A program made the translations under genes and the position numbers. A DNA stretch of 64,000 nucleotides, taken from positions 1 through 64,000 of the forward strand of contig MU005979.1 of the NCBI GenBank assembly GCA_010093745.1, given 5' to 3'. A model generated the notes under the pieces. The model saw only the letters and a program-made list of their open reading frames with translations. It was not told the origin of the DNA and did not search any database. The DNA is from Piedraia hortae CBS 480.64 (Eukaryota). This document shows positions 34,616 through 45,818 of this stretch, one piece after another. Numbering within the stretch: position 1 is the stretch's first letter; each line of letters begins with the position of its first letter.

Positions 34616-37600
34616 ATGGTTCCTCGCGTGTCCTTGGACCATCCCACGAACCAGGGCCTTGAGACGCCGCCGCCGCCGCCGCCGCCTCATTCGACAGTGG
34701 CCTCGTTCGACTTTGGACCGGCTATACAGACAATGGTCACTACTGTAACGCGGACGACGACCACAAGGTTTCCGCCCATTGCGCTGCGGCCGCCCGGGGA
34801 CCTCCACGAGCGCGATCCTCGACACTATCCGCTCGCATTTACGCCCACGCCCTCCCCTCTCAAGAAGTTTGCGTTCGAGTATCGGGGCCGTCCAATGTCT
34901 TTCTACGAGGCCGACGATCCAAATGGGGCCGTACGCAAGTACCACGAGACGCGGAAGCGGATACAGAGGAATAATGGCTCCGTTACGAGCCAAAGACAGC
35001 GAGAAACCGTCAACACGCCCACGCGGATTGAGAAGACGAAGCGTGCCGATACGCCCACGAGCGGCGTGAAGAGAATGGCCGCAACTTCGGTATCTGTCCA
35101 CGGAACGGCGGAACTCATGGATCGTGACAGAAAGGCCAAGAAGCTGCGCGCGAGGTTTGAGAAGACTGAGTCGGAAGAGAGTGACGTTCAGCCGCTCAGT
35201 CAGACCACGACCAACATGGGACTCTCTCCTAGCGACAGGGCGTCCCCCACCACCCCTGCCGCCATAGCGGGTGCCGCAAATCTGTCGCCGGCCAGTACAG
35301 CCGCAGCCAGGCAAAGACGGCCAAGCGTCGTTGGAGGCGGCGACGAAGACGATATGCACATGATGGATGTAGAGCAGCGGGACGAGACACGCATCCCGGC
35401 GTTCCGCAGCAGCGTTCAGATGTTTGCCGACGACGGCCCGGCCAGCTGCACCGCCGGCGCCGTCGCCACGCCTCCGCTGCAGGACGCGGATCGTGAACCA
35501 ATTGCTGGCCCTCGACCCTCGATGCGCTCGCCCCGCCCACCGCACATCGTCACAGACGCGCCCCTCGATGGCAGCCTTCCTAGCCCTGGTTTGTCGCCTA
35601 TACTCGCTGCTGTCATTGCGCCCAAGCAGCACAATGCTTTTGACGATTCGTTTGGCGAAGATGATGCCAGTGTCACGTCGCGCGTAGATCTTGCCGACGA
35701 TCGAGCCGCAACGGACACTGTCCCCAGGGCTGCTGTTGCCGGCGTCGGGACGCAGTCAGCGTCCCAGCGGGAGCTGACGTTCCAGGACATCCCGGCCATG
35801 CTCGACGCTTTCGACAATATGCCACAAGATATGAAGTCGTGGCTGGTCTACCAATTCCTGCGGCGGTGTTCTAAGACGACGCTGCACGTTGTCGCCAACG
35901 TGGTGAATCCCGCGCTGAAATGCGATCCCTTTGCCTTCCTGCCGCCAGAGCTTGGGCTCAGCATTGTGCGCTTTCTGGACGCCAAAACCATGTGTCGTGC
36001 GGCACAGGTATCGAAGCGGTGGCGGCGGCTCATCAATGGCAACGAGACGGCGTGGAGAGATTTGCTCGAACGGGACGGCTTTGTGCTGCCTTTCAATGAA
36101 GTTGCTCGCGCCGTCAAGGAAGGCTGGGGCTGGCAGCATCCGGGTCTCCATGAGCACGAGCAGGATCTCAGCAAGATGCTGGCCACGTCTCCTGCCAGCG
36201 GCGACGACCAGCCTGGCTCGAGCATCGTTTCGCGGCTAAGGCGGAAAGCGACATCCAAGTACACGAGCTCCAAGAAGACCAAACGCCGCAGTGTTCAGGC
36301 CTCGCCTTCGAAAGCGCCAACGCCAGCGTGGAAGAGGTTGCTGATGGCGGCTCAGGGCCCGCACGCAATTGCCCAGGTGGCTATGGAAGCCGTTCCAGAA
36401 GACTCGCAGTGTGAGGCCATGGGCCTACCCAGCCTGCGCAGCATGCACCTGTTCAAGTCCCTCTACCAGCGCCACTATCTCATGCGCAAGGCTTGGATGC
36501 AGGATGACTTCCAACCCCGCCATCTGGCATTCCGCGCTCATCACCGCAACGTAGTTACCTGTCTGTTGTTCGACGAGAACAGGATTCTAACGGGCAGTGA
36601 CGATACAAAGATCAACGTCTACGACACCAAGACTGGAGCGTTGAGGAACAGGTTGGAGGGCCATGAGGGAGGTGTTTGGGCGTTGCAGTACGAGGGGAAT
36701 ACGTTGGTCTCGGGCTCGACGGATAGAAGCGTGAGGGTGTGGGACATCAACTCTGGTCGTTGTCTACAAGTCTTTCAAGGCCACACGTCCACTGTCCGCT
36801 GCTTGGTCATTCTCAAGCCCGTTTGCATCGGCTTCGAGGCTGACGGCACTCGCATAATGATGCCCAAAGAGCCGCTGATCATTACCGGCTCGCGAGACTC
36901 CACCTTGCGTGTCTGGAAGCTACCGCGACCCGGAGACCGGCAGATACATCAAGCCGGGCCCTTGGCCAACGATCGGGACAATCCCTACTTTGTGCGCACC
37001 CTCTCGGGCCATCACAACTCGGTGCGAGCAATTGCCGCACACGGCGATACGCTTGTCTCGGGCTCATACGACTGCACCGTACGCGTGTGGAAGATCTCCA
37101 CTGGCGAACTATCTCACCGACTGCACGGCCACGCGCAAAAGGTCTACTCGGTCGTCCTGGACCACGAACGCAACCGTTGTTTTTCCGGCTCCATGGACAA
37201 CACCGTCAAGGGGTGGGATCTACGCACAGGACTGTGTCTGTTCAACCTGGAGGGACACAGCTCCCTTGTCGGTTTGTTGGATCTTGGCCACAACTGCCTC
37301 GTCAGTGCTGCCGCGGACAGCACGCTACGTATCTGGAACCCCGAGACAGGTGCGTGCCGTGCAACTTTGTCGGCGCACACTGGGGCCATAACATGTTTTC
37401 AACATGACGGGCAAAAGGTCATCAGCGGTTCCGACAGAACCCTCAAGATGTGGAGCGTACGGACCGGAGAGTGTGTACGAGACCTTCTCACGGGGCTCAG
37501 TGGCGTATGGCAAGTTCGCTTCGATGAGAGACGATGTGTAGCGGCTGTTCAGCGTAACAACCTGACGTACATTGAGGTTCGTGTTTCTTTTTATCTTCGC

Positions 37601-37753
37601 CGGAGCGTGCACGTGGGCTAACTAAACCTTACACAGGTCTTGGATTTTGGTGCTTCACGTGATGGGGCATCCGCAGATCAGCTAGGCCGACGCATCGTCG
37701 TCGACCCCAATGGAAGGGAGATTGAAGACGCAGAGGTTACGAATGGTGATTGA
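34616..37753 (+). CDS. CDC4: F-box/WD40 protein Cdc4 (Fbw7 type), about 1025 aa; intron 37577-37636
   Basis: F-box (FLPPELGLSIVRFLD...AAQVSKRW), VVTCLLFD, GHEGGVWAL, GHTSTVRCL, GHSSLVGLL; last exon VLDFGASRDG. Confidence 0.93.
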
Positions 37754-37861
37754 CACGTGGTAATGCATGCAGTTCTGGCCACGGCGCCTTGTTCTTTTTT
37801 TGGCCAAGTGCATTAGGCACCGCCCATGTAATTAAAGTTTGCAACCGTCCGACTTCAGACG

Positions 37862-38431
37862 ATGCCTCTTGCCATGGATCGCGTGCCTGATGTCTTTAAC
37901 GATGGCCTCCACCTGCCCAAGATGATGGTCTTTGACCTGGACTATACTCTGTGGCCTTTGTGGGTTGATACGCACCTCTCTGGCCGGCTCAAGGGCAGCC
38001 AGGACGGCCGTTCGGTGACGGACGGCAGCGGCACCTCCTACGCCTTCTACACTGACGTGCCTGGCATCTTGAGCGCGCTCAAGGAGAAAGGCATTCTCGT
38101 CTGTGCCGCCAGTCGCACGCATACCCCCGACCGCGCCCGCGAGATGCTCAGACTTTTACGCGTGGATGAAGAGACGAAGGCAATTGACGTCTTTGACTAT
38201 CTAGAAATCTACCCTGGCAGCAAGATCACGCACTTTCGCCGTCTACACAAAACGAGCGGGATAGACTACAAAGACATGGTGTTCTTCGACGACGAGAGCC
38301 GCAACCGCAACGTGGAGGAGCTAGGGGTGGTGATGCAGCTAGTGCGGGACGGCGTTAGCCGACAGGAAGTGGATGCGGGAGTCGCGACGTGGCGGCGTCA
38401 AACCAAACAACGGGAACCGTCACGTGCGTGA
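37862..38431 (+). CDS. MDP1: Magnesium-dependent phosphatase 1 (HAD IIIC), 189 aa
   Basis: VFDLDYTLWP, ASRT, EIYPGSKITHF, FFDDESRN. Confidence 0.93.
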   Translation: MPLAMDRVPDVFNDGLHLPKMMVFDLDYTLWPLWVDTHLSGRLKGSQDGRSVTDGSGTSYAFYTDVPGILSALKEKGILVCAASRTHTPDRAREMLRLLRVDEETKAIDVFDYLEIYPGSKITHFRRLHKTSGIDYKDMVFFDDESRNRNVEELGVVMQLVRDGVSRQEVDAGVATWRRQTKQREPSRA

Positions 38432-38531
38432 CAGACTGACAAGCAACACATTGACCGGCACGTGCCGTGTGTTGTTTGCCTTGGGCCCTTCCCACGTCAC
38501 CACGTGTGCAGCTTCGCTTCCAACACTAACC

Positions 38532-39716
38532 ATGGGTGGAAAGTCGAACCGATTTGACTTTACCAATCGCGCAAATTCGGGCGTCAACCTAGGCAACAGC
38601 ATCGGCTCCGCCCTCGTCAAGGAGGCCGAGAAGCTTCAGCGAACGGCCGAGAAGGCAGAGCGACGGGGTCGCAAGGAGAGCACAGGCAGCACGCTCAGCT
38701 TTGACCCCAAGGATCACGGTCATGCCATCGACCTGCAAGCGCCGGGCAAAGAACTCGGCATCGATGGCGTTGCCGCCATGTCAGCGGGCTTGGGTGCCGC
38801 CCTGTCCAAGTGCACTGCCTCGACTTGGCTTGCGCTAGAGAGTTTAAGCCTTCCGGGCAACGGTCTCACCGCCGCCGCCATGCCACATCTAGCCTCGATG
38901 GCCCAGCTGTCTTGTAGGGACCTGCGCATTCTCAACCTTTCCAACAATCAGATTAGCATCACATCTGATCAAGATGCAGCACAATGGGAGAGCTTGCTGA
39001 TCGCGCTCAGCCGCTGCTCCAGGCTTTGCCGTCTTGATCTCAGCCGGAACGAAGTAGGCAGCCGAGCGTTGGAGATTTTTTCTCGCGTCTACCATGCTGC
39101 ATCTCCCGGCTGCACACTTCGTTCAACCGCATCCATTACCCTGCAAGATGTTGGCCTTGGCGATGCCGGTGCTCTGTGGCTTTCGTACATGCTTGAAAGC
39201 CACTACTCGAGCGATGAGGAATCTGGATTTGACTGGAGCGCCAACGACAAGTCGTTGGGCAAAGATGGCATTCTGCTCCTCCAAAGAACGGCGAGCAAGG
39301 AGATTAGCGATCACGGGATCGACAGCATACGGAAGCGCGTTCAAAGACACATTATTGAGCTTGATGGCGTCGGCAGCGTTGAGTTGTGGGCTGCGGCTTT
39401 GAAGCTTGTCAACCTGGCTCGGGCAATGTACATCCTTTGCGAATGCCGAGAATCTCGCACCAAGAAGCACAAATCAGGAGCCCAAAACGGCTTTCGCGTT
39501 CAAACGCGCAGCGGGTCTGATCCAGCGCTTTTGACCTCTCTAATAGCCCCTCACGTTGCCAGAGTACATCTCTTAAGCGAAGGGCAGAAAACACAGGCTA
39601 TTAGGTGGGGCTTATGTCGGGCATCCATCCAGACGGCTCTTGAATGGCGCAAGAGAGATGAGGCGTCGGAAATATGGCTTTTGCTCGATAAAATCGAGTG
39701 TTTGTCGTATGCATAG
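38532..39716 (+). CDS. Leucine-rich repeat (RNI-like) protein, about 394 aa
   Basis: LESLSLPGNGL, LRILNLSNNQI, LCRLDLSRNEVG, ITLQDVGLGDAGALWLS; first ATG at 38532. Confidence 0.75.
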   Translation: MGGKSNRFDFTNRANSGVNLGNSIGSALVKEAEKLQRTAEKAERRGRKESTGSTLSFDPKDHGHAIDLQAPGKELGIDGVAAMSAGLGAALSKCTASTWLALESLSLPGNGLTAAAMPHLASMAQLSCRDLRILNLSNNQISITSDQDAAQWESLLIALSRCSRLCRLDLSRNEVGSRALEIFSRVYHAASPGCTLRSTASITLQDVGLGDAGALWLSYMLESHYSSDEESGFDWSANDKSLGKDGILLLQRTASKEISDHGIDSIRKRVQRHIIELDGVGSVELWAAALKLVNLARAMYILCECRESRTKKHKSGAQNGFRVQTRSGSDPALLTSLIAPHVARVHLLSEGQKTQAIRWGLCRASIQTALEWRKRDEASEIWLLLDKIECLSYA

Positions 39717-40006
39717 ATGATGAAGTAGTCGTAGCAGGACACCGTTAAACTGTACGACTTTGCGTTCCTTTTCCGATCACATGAGTCATTGTCCCTCCTC
39801 GCATGCACCGTTTCTGTATCTGTCATGTAGCTATTCTTGGAGGCACATGTTGCAACAAGCGTCCTTGGACAGCACATGAGCAGCTATAGCAGCCCCACAT
39901 GCCTGGCTATGTTGGAACTGTGCTGATGGTTGAGAACACTTCTTCTAAGAATCAGTATCGTTGGGTATTATTGTCTTCCTCATCGTACAATTCTCTACAA
40001 ACCCCT

Positions 40007-41773
40007 CTATCCAACACTCCCACCCTGCACCTTCAATTCCTTTTTATAAACATCACTAGCCACCTTTATCGCCTCCACCGTAGGTCTAATAAACCCCTCG
40101 ACCGTAGCCTTCCCACCCCCGATAGCATTCTCATCGACCTTCCGCCGCTTGCTCCGCGCCAGCTTCTCCTGAATAATTACCTGTCGTTCTTTCTCCGCCT
40201 GGTCAGCCACAGCCCTGATACGATCGAGGGATTTATCAAACGTTGCAACCAAACCAGCTAGTTCCCCTGCTTTTGAAGCGTCTCCTGATCGAAAGATTGT
40301 CCAAAAATAGTGGAGGAACTCGGTTGTGGTGTTGTGGGTTAGTAAAAGGGCTTTGAAGCTTTGTTGGGAGAGGCCTTGTAGGGATTGGGGGTTTGAGGAG
40401 GCTGCGAGGTTGCGTTGTCTGATTGACGACAGGACCGAGTTTGTGGCTTGGCTGAGCGATTCTTCGTCTGCTGTGTCGTCGAGGTTTGTGGCTTTGGTGT
40501 CTAAGTCGGAGCGTAGGCGTGATAGAGCAATGTTTGGGTCAAGCTGTGTGTAGCGTTGCGCGTCTGCGCTGAGAGTCTCGGTGTTTGCAGCCGGTCGGTT
40601 CTCGTTGATGCTTAGTATTACCCTCGTGTCTGGACCATCTTTGGCGAGGTCCCGCAGCTGAAGCTCCTTGAATGCTTCCTCGTCCATCCCTACGGGGCCG
40701 TGTGCATGGGAGTCCTGGGGCGCTACATGGCTGAGGAGTTTGGTGGATATGTTGTTTAGGGTATGGAGAATGGGCTCGTCGTGTCGGTCTGCTCGCATTT
40801 CCCAACCTTCGCGATGTACTTTGAAAGTTGTGTTTTGTTCATTGCCCTCCAGATCGATCAGGTGAGGGATATGGTATCCACTGATCGATGCTCGACTCTC
40901 TTTGTGATCCAAATACCGATCCAGGATGGGATCTGGTGGATCGTTCTTGTCGTACCGCTCCCCCTTGAGCTTTTTGAGGAGCTTACTATGGAAAAAACGC
41001 TCCCAGAAGCCCTGCTCGGACATGCTACCTGGAACAGTCTCATCATACGCCTGTCTCACTACGGGGTATTGTTTGAGAATAAGCTTAATCTGTTGGCTCG
41101 TCAATTCGAGAGCTTTTGTGGGCTCGTTGTCTTGGTTCATGACCGTCTTGTACTTGATCTCCGGCAACACGTTGTACTCGCCCTCCCTTTGCCCCCTTGA
41201 CATGGCATGGGCACGGAGAAGATGCAGCCTCGTCGACCAAAACTGGGTCGTGAACTGTGCAATTGAAATCGACTCTGGCCGCTCTCTCAGCGCTTGCATA
41301 AATCGCTCCTCCAGCGGTTTGTTAGACGTTAGCAGCGACTTTTGCAGCTCCACGTTGCTCCTCAGCTTGTTTGCATCGTACCAGTCCTCTGTCTGTGCCT
41401 GAGAACTAACCGCCCTGGCAATAGCCATGGCAGCGCTGGCGCCATCTTTGCCTTCCTTTGGCAGTAGCTGAGCTGCAGCGCCCGCCTTGTCAGCTGCTAT
41501 GCGCTGATGGAGGACGTTAGTAATGTCCTCCTGTTCCTTTCGAGCATTCTCCTTGCTGGTAAAGAAGAATGTATAGTTTTCGTCTTTTACAAACACTTTG
41601 AGCGCTACCTTTGCACTGGATTTTGGCGTTTGCTGCAGAGATGAGATGTCTGCAACAGCTATAGTCACGGTGGGTGGTTGGCTAGCAACTCCAAATTGAA
41701 GCTTCTTCTGGTCATTGCTAAGTACAAGACGGCCTTCTACCTTCTTGTAAGTTACAGACGCCGCGAGCACCAT
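40007..41773 (-). CDS. TFB1: TFIIH core subunit Tfb1/p62, 588 aa
   Basis: N-terminal PH domain (YKKVEG..LQQTP), BSD domains (QFWSTRLHLLRA, FWERFFHSKL), IDLEGNE. Confidence 0.9.
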   Translation of the reverse strand: MVLAASVTYKKVEGRLVLSNDQKKLQFGVASQPPTVTIAVADISSLQQTPKSSAKVALKVFVKDENYTFFFTSKENARKEQEDITNVLHQRIAADKAGAAAQLLPKEGKDGASAAMAIARAVSSQAQTEDWYDANKLRSNVELQKSLLTSNKPLEERFMQALRERPESISIAQFTTQFWSTRLHLLRAHAMSRGQREGEYNVLPEIKYKTVMNQDNEPTKALELTSQQIKLILKQYPVVRQAYDETVPGSMSEQGFWERFFHSKLLKKLKGERYDKNDPPDPILDRYLDHKESRASISGYHIPHLIDLEGNEQNTTFKVHREGWEMRADRHDEPILHTLNNISTKLLSHVAPQDSHAHGPVGMDEEAFKELQLRDLAKDGPDTRVILSINENRPAANTETLSADAQRYTQLDPNIALSRLRSDLDTKATNLDDTADEESLSQATNSVLSSIRQRNLAASSNPQSLQGLSQQSFKALLLTHNTTTEFLHYFWTIFRSGDASKAGELAGLVATFDKSLDRIRAVADQAEKERQVIIQEKLARSKRRKVDENAIGGGKATVEGFIRPTVEAIKVASDVYKKELKVQGGSVG

Positions 41774-41899
41774 TTCCTACACGCCCACGCGGATTGTGGT
41801 TGAAGTTTGTTCTGGTTAGGGTTAGGATGTGGAGAATGCGTTCGCGGTCAACTCTCTGGTGCTGTGTTTTGCTGTCTAAGCCGTGTGAGTTCATGATGA

Positions 41900-42588
41900 T
41901 CATACCACATCTGTAAAATAGACGTTCCCCCCTGGAGCATTTCTTAATGGGTTTCCCTCTCCCTCGCCAACGTTCCCCGCGAATGTGGTGAAGCCGCACT
42001 TTTTATAAAAGCCATCCTTTCCATTCGCACTGACCACGCTGACTGGGACTCCCTCCTGCTTGGCTTTGTCAAATCCGTAGTGGACAAGCCGTTTTCCCAC
42101 GCCTTGACCTTGGGTCGACGGACTGACACCTAAAGTCGCAAGATACCAACAATCAGCCCTTTTGCCTGGGATTCGTTAGCAACATGCAGTCTCAAGCCAC
42201 AAGATCAAAAGACCTTACCTGACCAAATATGACCCACAAAAGGGTCCAATCGCTCAATCACGTTCTCCATTTTTGGATCCGCAGCACGGTTTGGTGTCAC
42301 ATCTTGTACCCCTTCGTCTACATCATCGGGTTGACCAGCACGTTTTCTGATCCAATGAGCCAGTCCTACTACCTCGCCATTCTCATTGACAGCAACAAGA
42401 ATGTCATGATCCTGCTTGCCCAAGACTTGTCGAAGTCGCTTCAGCCAGTAGATGTGCACATCGTCTGGATATTGGGACCGATAAGGATGAATCATCTCCC
42501 CAAACACATTGTCGTCCCAAAAGGCCGCAGCACATACTTTTGAGGCTGGTGTAAGATCCTGAGGTGTTGCTTCACGGATTGTGGCCAT
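41900..42588 (-). CDS. GNAT-family N-acetyltransferase, about 211 aa; intron 42166-42218
   Basis: IREATPQDL; after splicing WYLATLGVSPSTQGQGVGKRLV (motif A) and FYKKCGF. Confidence 0.9.
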
Positions 42589-43110
42589 GTTTGTGTTCTT
42601 GCCTGGCTGACCCACTTGGACGTAGAAATGACGATGATGATTAACGGCTCGTTTGTACTACTCCGTATGCACTAGCGGGAAAAGAAGTAGGCATGGGCAC
42701 AAACCTCCACCTTCAATCAGTGATATCGACCCAGGGATACATCCGTCAAGCATTATTGTATCCTCTGCCCATGGTACTCGTCATTGTATCTCATGAATCA
42801 TGATATCACTGCGTGCATCATTCCCTAACTGGCTAGCCAAACCTGTCTTCACAAAGCACTATTTTCCTCGCCGTGCTCTTTGTTTCTGCCAAGGAACACC
42901 AACGTCACAAGTGTCTCAAAAGGTTGACTTTCTTTGTTGGTGCAAAGAGTCTTTGTAGCATGCTCCATTGTAATCGGTGACAATGGCCATGATCCTTATA
43001 AGCATGCTCTGTCCTTCCATACCTAAGCACCTCATTAACGCATACCAAGCACTCCAACTATAACACTCGTTGAGCATTGTCTTCAATCTCTTCAAACAAG
43101 TTATTTCAGC

Positions 43111-44325
43111 ATGACTTTGACAGCTATCAAGTCACCCCGCCACGTCTCGGGCATTTCTGATCTCCGTACTGTTGCAGGCCAGCAGGTCATCGGCTCCGTG
43201 CTCAAGAATTTTTACTGCAAAGACACTCTGCAAGATGCAGGCCATCTGTTCGATGTCATCGACGAGCCAATTCCGGCGAGGTGCAGTCTCAACCTCTACT
43301 CACAAATGACATCCAACCCTTTGCGCTTTGACAGCACGATTGAGGTTTTGGACATTGCGGCTCCATCGGTGGACATGTTGTTCCGCGAAGTGGATTGGAA
43401 CACGTCGACGGTGAACGAGCTGGATTCAATCTTGATGTCTCCAAAGAGCTTGGATGACGGAAATCTTTCGACATTTTTTTGTCCCTTGACCCCGTTTACC
43501 CGGGGTTTGATGCGGACCGGTGGAACGTTTATTGACACTCGGAATTCCAGTCTGGCGACAAACGACGACGAGGGTGTGATCAAGGAACCATGGCTCAGAT
43601 TCCCTCGCCCGAGCACATCGTCTAGCTCGACAACTTTTTTCGTCTGCGGAGGTACTATACCAAGCAAGTCAGCACCCGAATTTGGGAACTTGAGCACTGG
43701 AAGTTCCGACCTGGAATCGTACTTCAGTGCAGAGACACATCTTCCTCGGAAATCTCCCGCCTCTTCGGTCTGTTCCCGCTCCAGCAGCATCTCTAACCTG
43801 TCAAGATTTTCAGATATCCTGACAGACTACGAGGCTTTGCTATCAGACACAGACTCTGTGGAAACACCACCACACGAGATTCTGACGTTCGGGGATAGAC
43901 TCCACAGTTCTGTCTCGAGCCCTGCTTCCGAATCTACAATCCCGGCCTCATCAGGCGTCGGGACATCATTCCTTGAATGGATGGAAGAGGCACAAAACGA
44001 ACCAACTCCATATGCAGACCTCAATGAACAGACGCTGGAAGCGAGCACGCAGAGCGTCCTTGCGACCATTAGCAACGACAAACCTCAAAGCTCTCTCGCT
44101 GACGAGGATCCGAACCTTGACGTCGCGGAAGTGGTTCAACCTGGCATGGTCAATACGATCGAGGGCTTTCCGTATGATATGGGAGCAGTACAGGCGCCAG
44201 CGCCGAAAGAGGAGAAGGTAAAGGCAACAGGTCGTCTGGAAAACCGTCTAAGGCATCCCAGGCAAATGGTGCGCAGGGGGCTGGTGAAGCTGAGGCAGAG
44301 GATAGATTGGCGAGAACGAGCGTAA
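43111..44325 (+). CDS. Ser/Thr/acidic-rich hypothetical protein, 404 aa
   Basis: Long uninterrupted ORF with no gene on the opposite strand; TATAA at about 42997; no motif recognised. Confidence 0.65.
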   Translation: MTLTAIKSPRHVSGISDLRTVAGQQVIGSVLKNFYCKDTLQDAGHLFDVIDEPIPARCSLNLYSQMTSNPLRFDSTIEVLDIAAPSVDMLFREVDWNTSTVNELDSILMSPKSLDDGNLSTFFCPLTPFTRGLMRTGGTFIDTRNSSLATNDDEGVIKEPWLRFPRPSTSSSSTTFFVCGGTIPSKSAPEFGNLSTGSSDLESYFSAETHLPRKSPASSVCSRSSSISNLSRFSDILTDYEALLSDTDSVETPPHEILTFGDRLHSSVSSPASESTIPASSGVGTSFLEWMEEAQNEPTPYADLNEQTLEASTQSVLATISNDKPQSSLADEDPNLDVAEVVQPGMVNTIEGFPYDMGAVQAPAPKEEKVKATGRLENRLRHPRQMVRRGLVKLRQRIDWRERA

Positions 44326-44617
44326 TTTTACATAGCCGTGAATGCCTCTTTTCTCCAAGTCTTTCGTCGTTCCAGTCAGAAGCCGTTCAACTGGCTGTTC
44401 TGGCTTCCATCGCTCCTTGGTGCCGGAGCCGAGACTCTCCCCATAAGCCGAGGCTCGGAGAATAAACGCCGTCCAGATGTACGTCCGTTTCGGGAAGTGT
44501 GTGTTCAACTTCGGGGGGAGGTTTCTTACCTCGGCTTGGATCTTTCTGATTCATTCCAATTCTCTCAGATTCTGATTCACTCCGATTCACTCTAATTCAT
44601 TCATTTCATCGGTCAGA

Positions 44618-45580
44618 ATGTCCAAGCCAGGAGACTACGAGGCCGTCCGCAAGGATATTGCTGCTTTACTAAAGCAGCCAGAGTATGACGACGGATCAGC
44701 GGGTCCGGTTCTCGTTCGCCTTGCATGGCATGCATCTGGAACGTACGACGTCGAGACAGACACTGGCGGTAGCAACGGGGCGGGTATGCGGTATGAGGCC
44801 GAGGGAGGCGATCCTGCAAATGCAGGGCTGCAACATGCACGAGTCTTCCTTGAGCCTCTCAAAGAAAAGCACAGCTGGATCACTTACTCTGATCTATGGA
44901 CGCTAGCCGGTGTGGAGGCAATCAAACAGATGGGAGGTCCTGAGGTTAAGTGGTGGCCTGGACGCACCGATTTTGTCGATGACAGCAAACTGCCACCTCG
45001 TGGTCGCTTACCCGATGCTGCTCAGGGTTCAGATCACCTTCGTCATATCTTCTACCGAATGGGCTTCAATGACCAGGAAATTGTGGCTCTCTCCGGCGCA
45101 CATAATCTTGGACGTTGCCACTCAGATCGATCAGGGTTCGAAGGTGCTTGGGTCAACAATCCCACTCGTTTCTCAAACACTTATTTCCGTCTCATGCTCA
45201 GTCGCACGTGGAAGGAGAAGACGTTGAAAAATGGTGTTCGGCAGTTTGTACACTACGATGAGGACGCCGAGACGGAGCTCATGATGCTGCCGACGGACCT
45301 TGCGCTGACCAAAGACCCCAGCTTCCGGCCTTGGGTTGAAACGTATGCTAAGGACAAGGATCAATTTTTTGAGGATTTTGCAAAAGTCTTTTCGAAGCTC
45401 CTTGAGTTGGGGATAAAGCGGGATGCCAGTGGCAAGGTAACGAACACGGATAACGTGAAAGGCGGCTATGTTAGTGCACCAAAGAAGAGTGCACTGCCCG
45501 GGAAGCCGGATGCCGTGGATAAGAGTGGTGAGGCAGAGCCACTCAAGGAGGAGAATGCCAAGTTCAGGTCCAAGTTGTAG
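44618..45580 (+). CDS. CCP2: Class I heme peroxidase (cytochrome c peroxidase-like, Ccp2 type) with PTS1, 320 aa
   Basis: [44 protein letters not shown]-terminal SKL; no mitochondrial presequence. Confidence 0.9.
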   Translation: MSKPGDYEAVRKDIAALLKQPEYDDGSAGPVLVRLAWHASGTYDVETDTGGSNGAGMRYEAEGGDPANAGLQHARVFLEPLKEKHSWITYSDLWTLAGVEAIKQMGGPEVKWWPGRTDFVDDSKLPPRGRLPDAAQGSDHLRHIFYRMGFNDQEIVALSGAHNLGRCHSDRSGFEGAWVNNPTRFSNTYFRLMLSRTWKEKTLKNGVRQFVHYDEDAETELMMLPTDLALTKDPSFRPWVETYAKDKDQFFEDFAKVFSKLLELGIKRDASGKVTNTDNVKGGYVSAPKKSALPGKPDAVDKSGEAEPLKEENAKFRSKL

Positions 45581-45818
45581 TTTTATAGACAAGTTAGATG
45601 ATGTAGGGATCGGTTAGACTGTTAGACTGCACTTTCTTCGTGTCTTTGACCTGCAATATTCTCATCTCAGGCCAAGATCCGAATACATTCCGATTGTCTC
45701 GGGCCACATCGGAAAGCCCCGCTGCTTTTAGTTCCATGCCGCGGCATATGATATAGAGGAGAGTTCCGGCCCCTTGGAACTCCGTCTCCCAAACAATTCA
45801 TCTCGACCTACAACAAAG

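Noticed and set aside
34610..35632. 340-aa antisense ORF over the CDC4 N-terminus
   Set aside because: GC-rich shadow frame without recognisable features.
38373..38531. Apparent overlap of the LRR ORF with MDP-1
   Set aside because: A downstream ATG at 38532 gives a plausible start without overlap.
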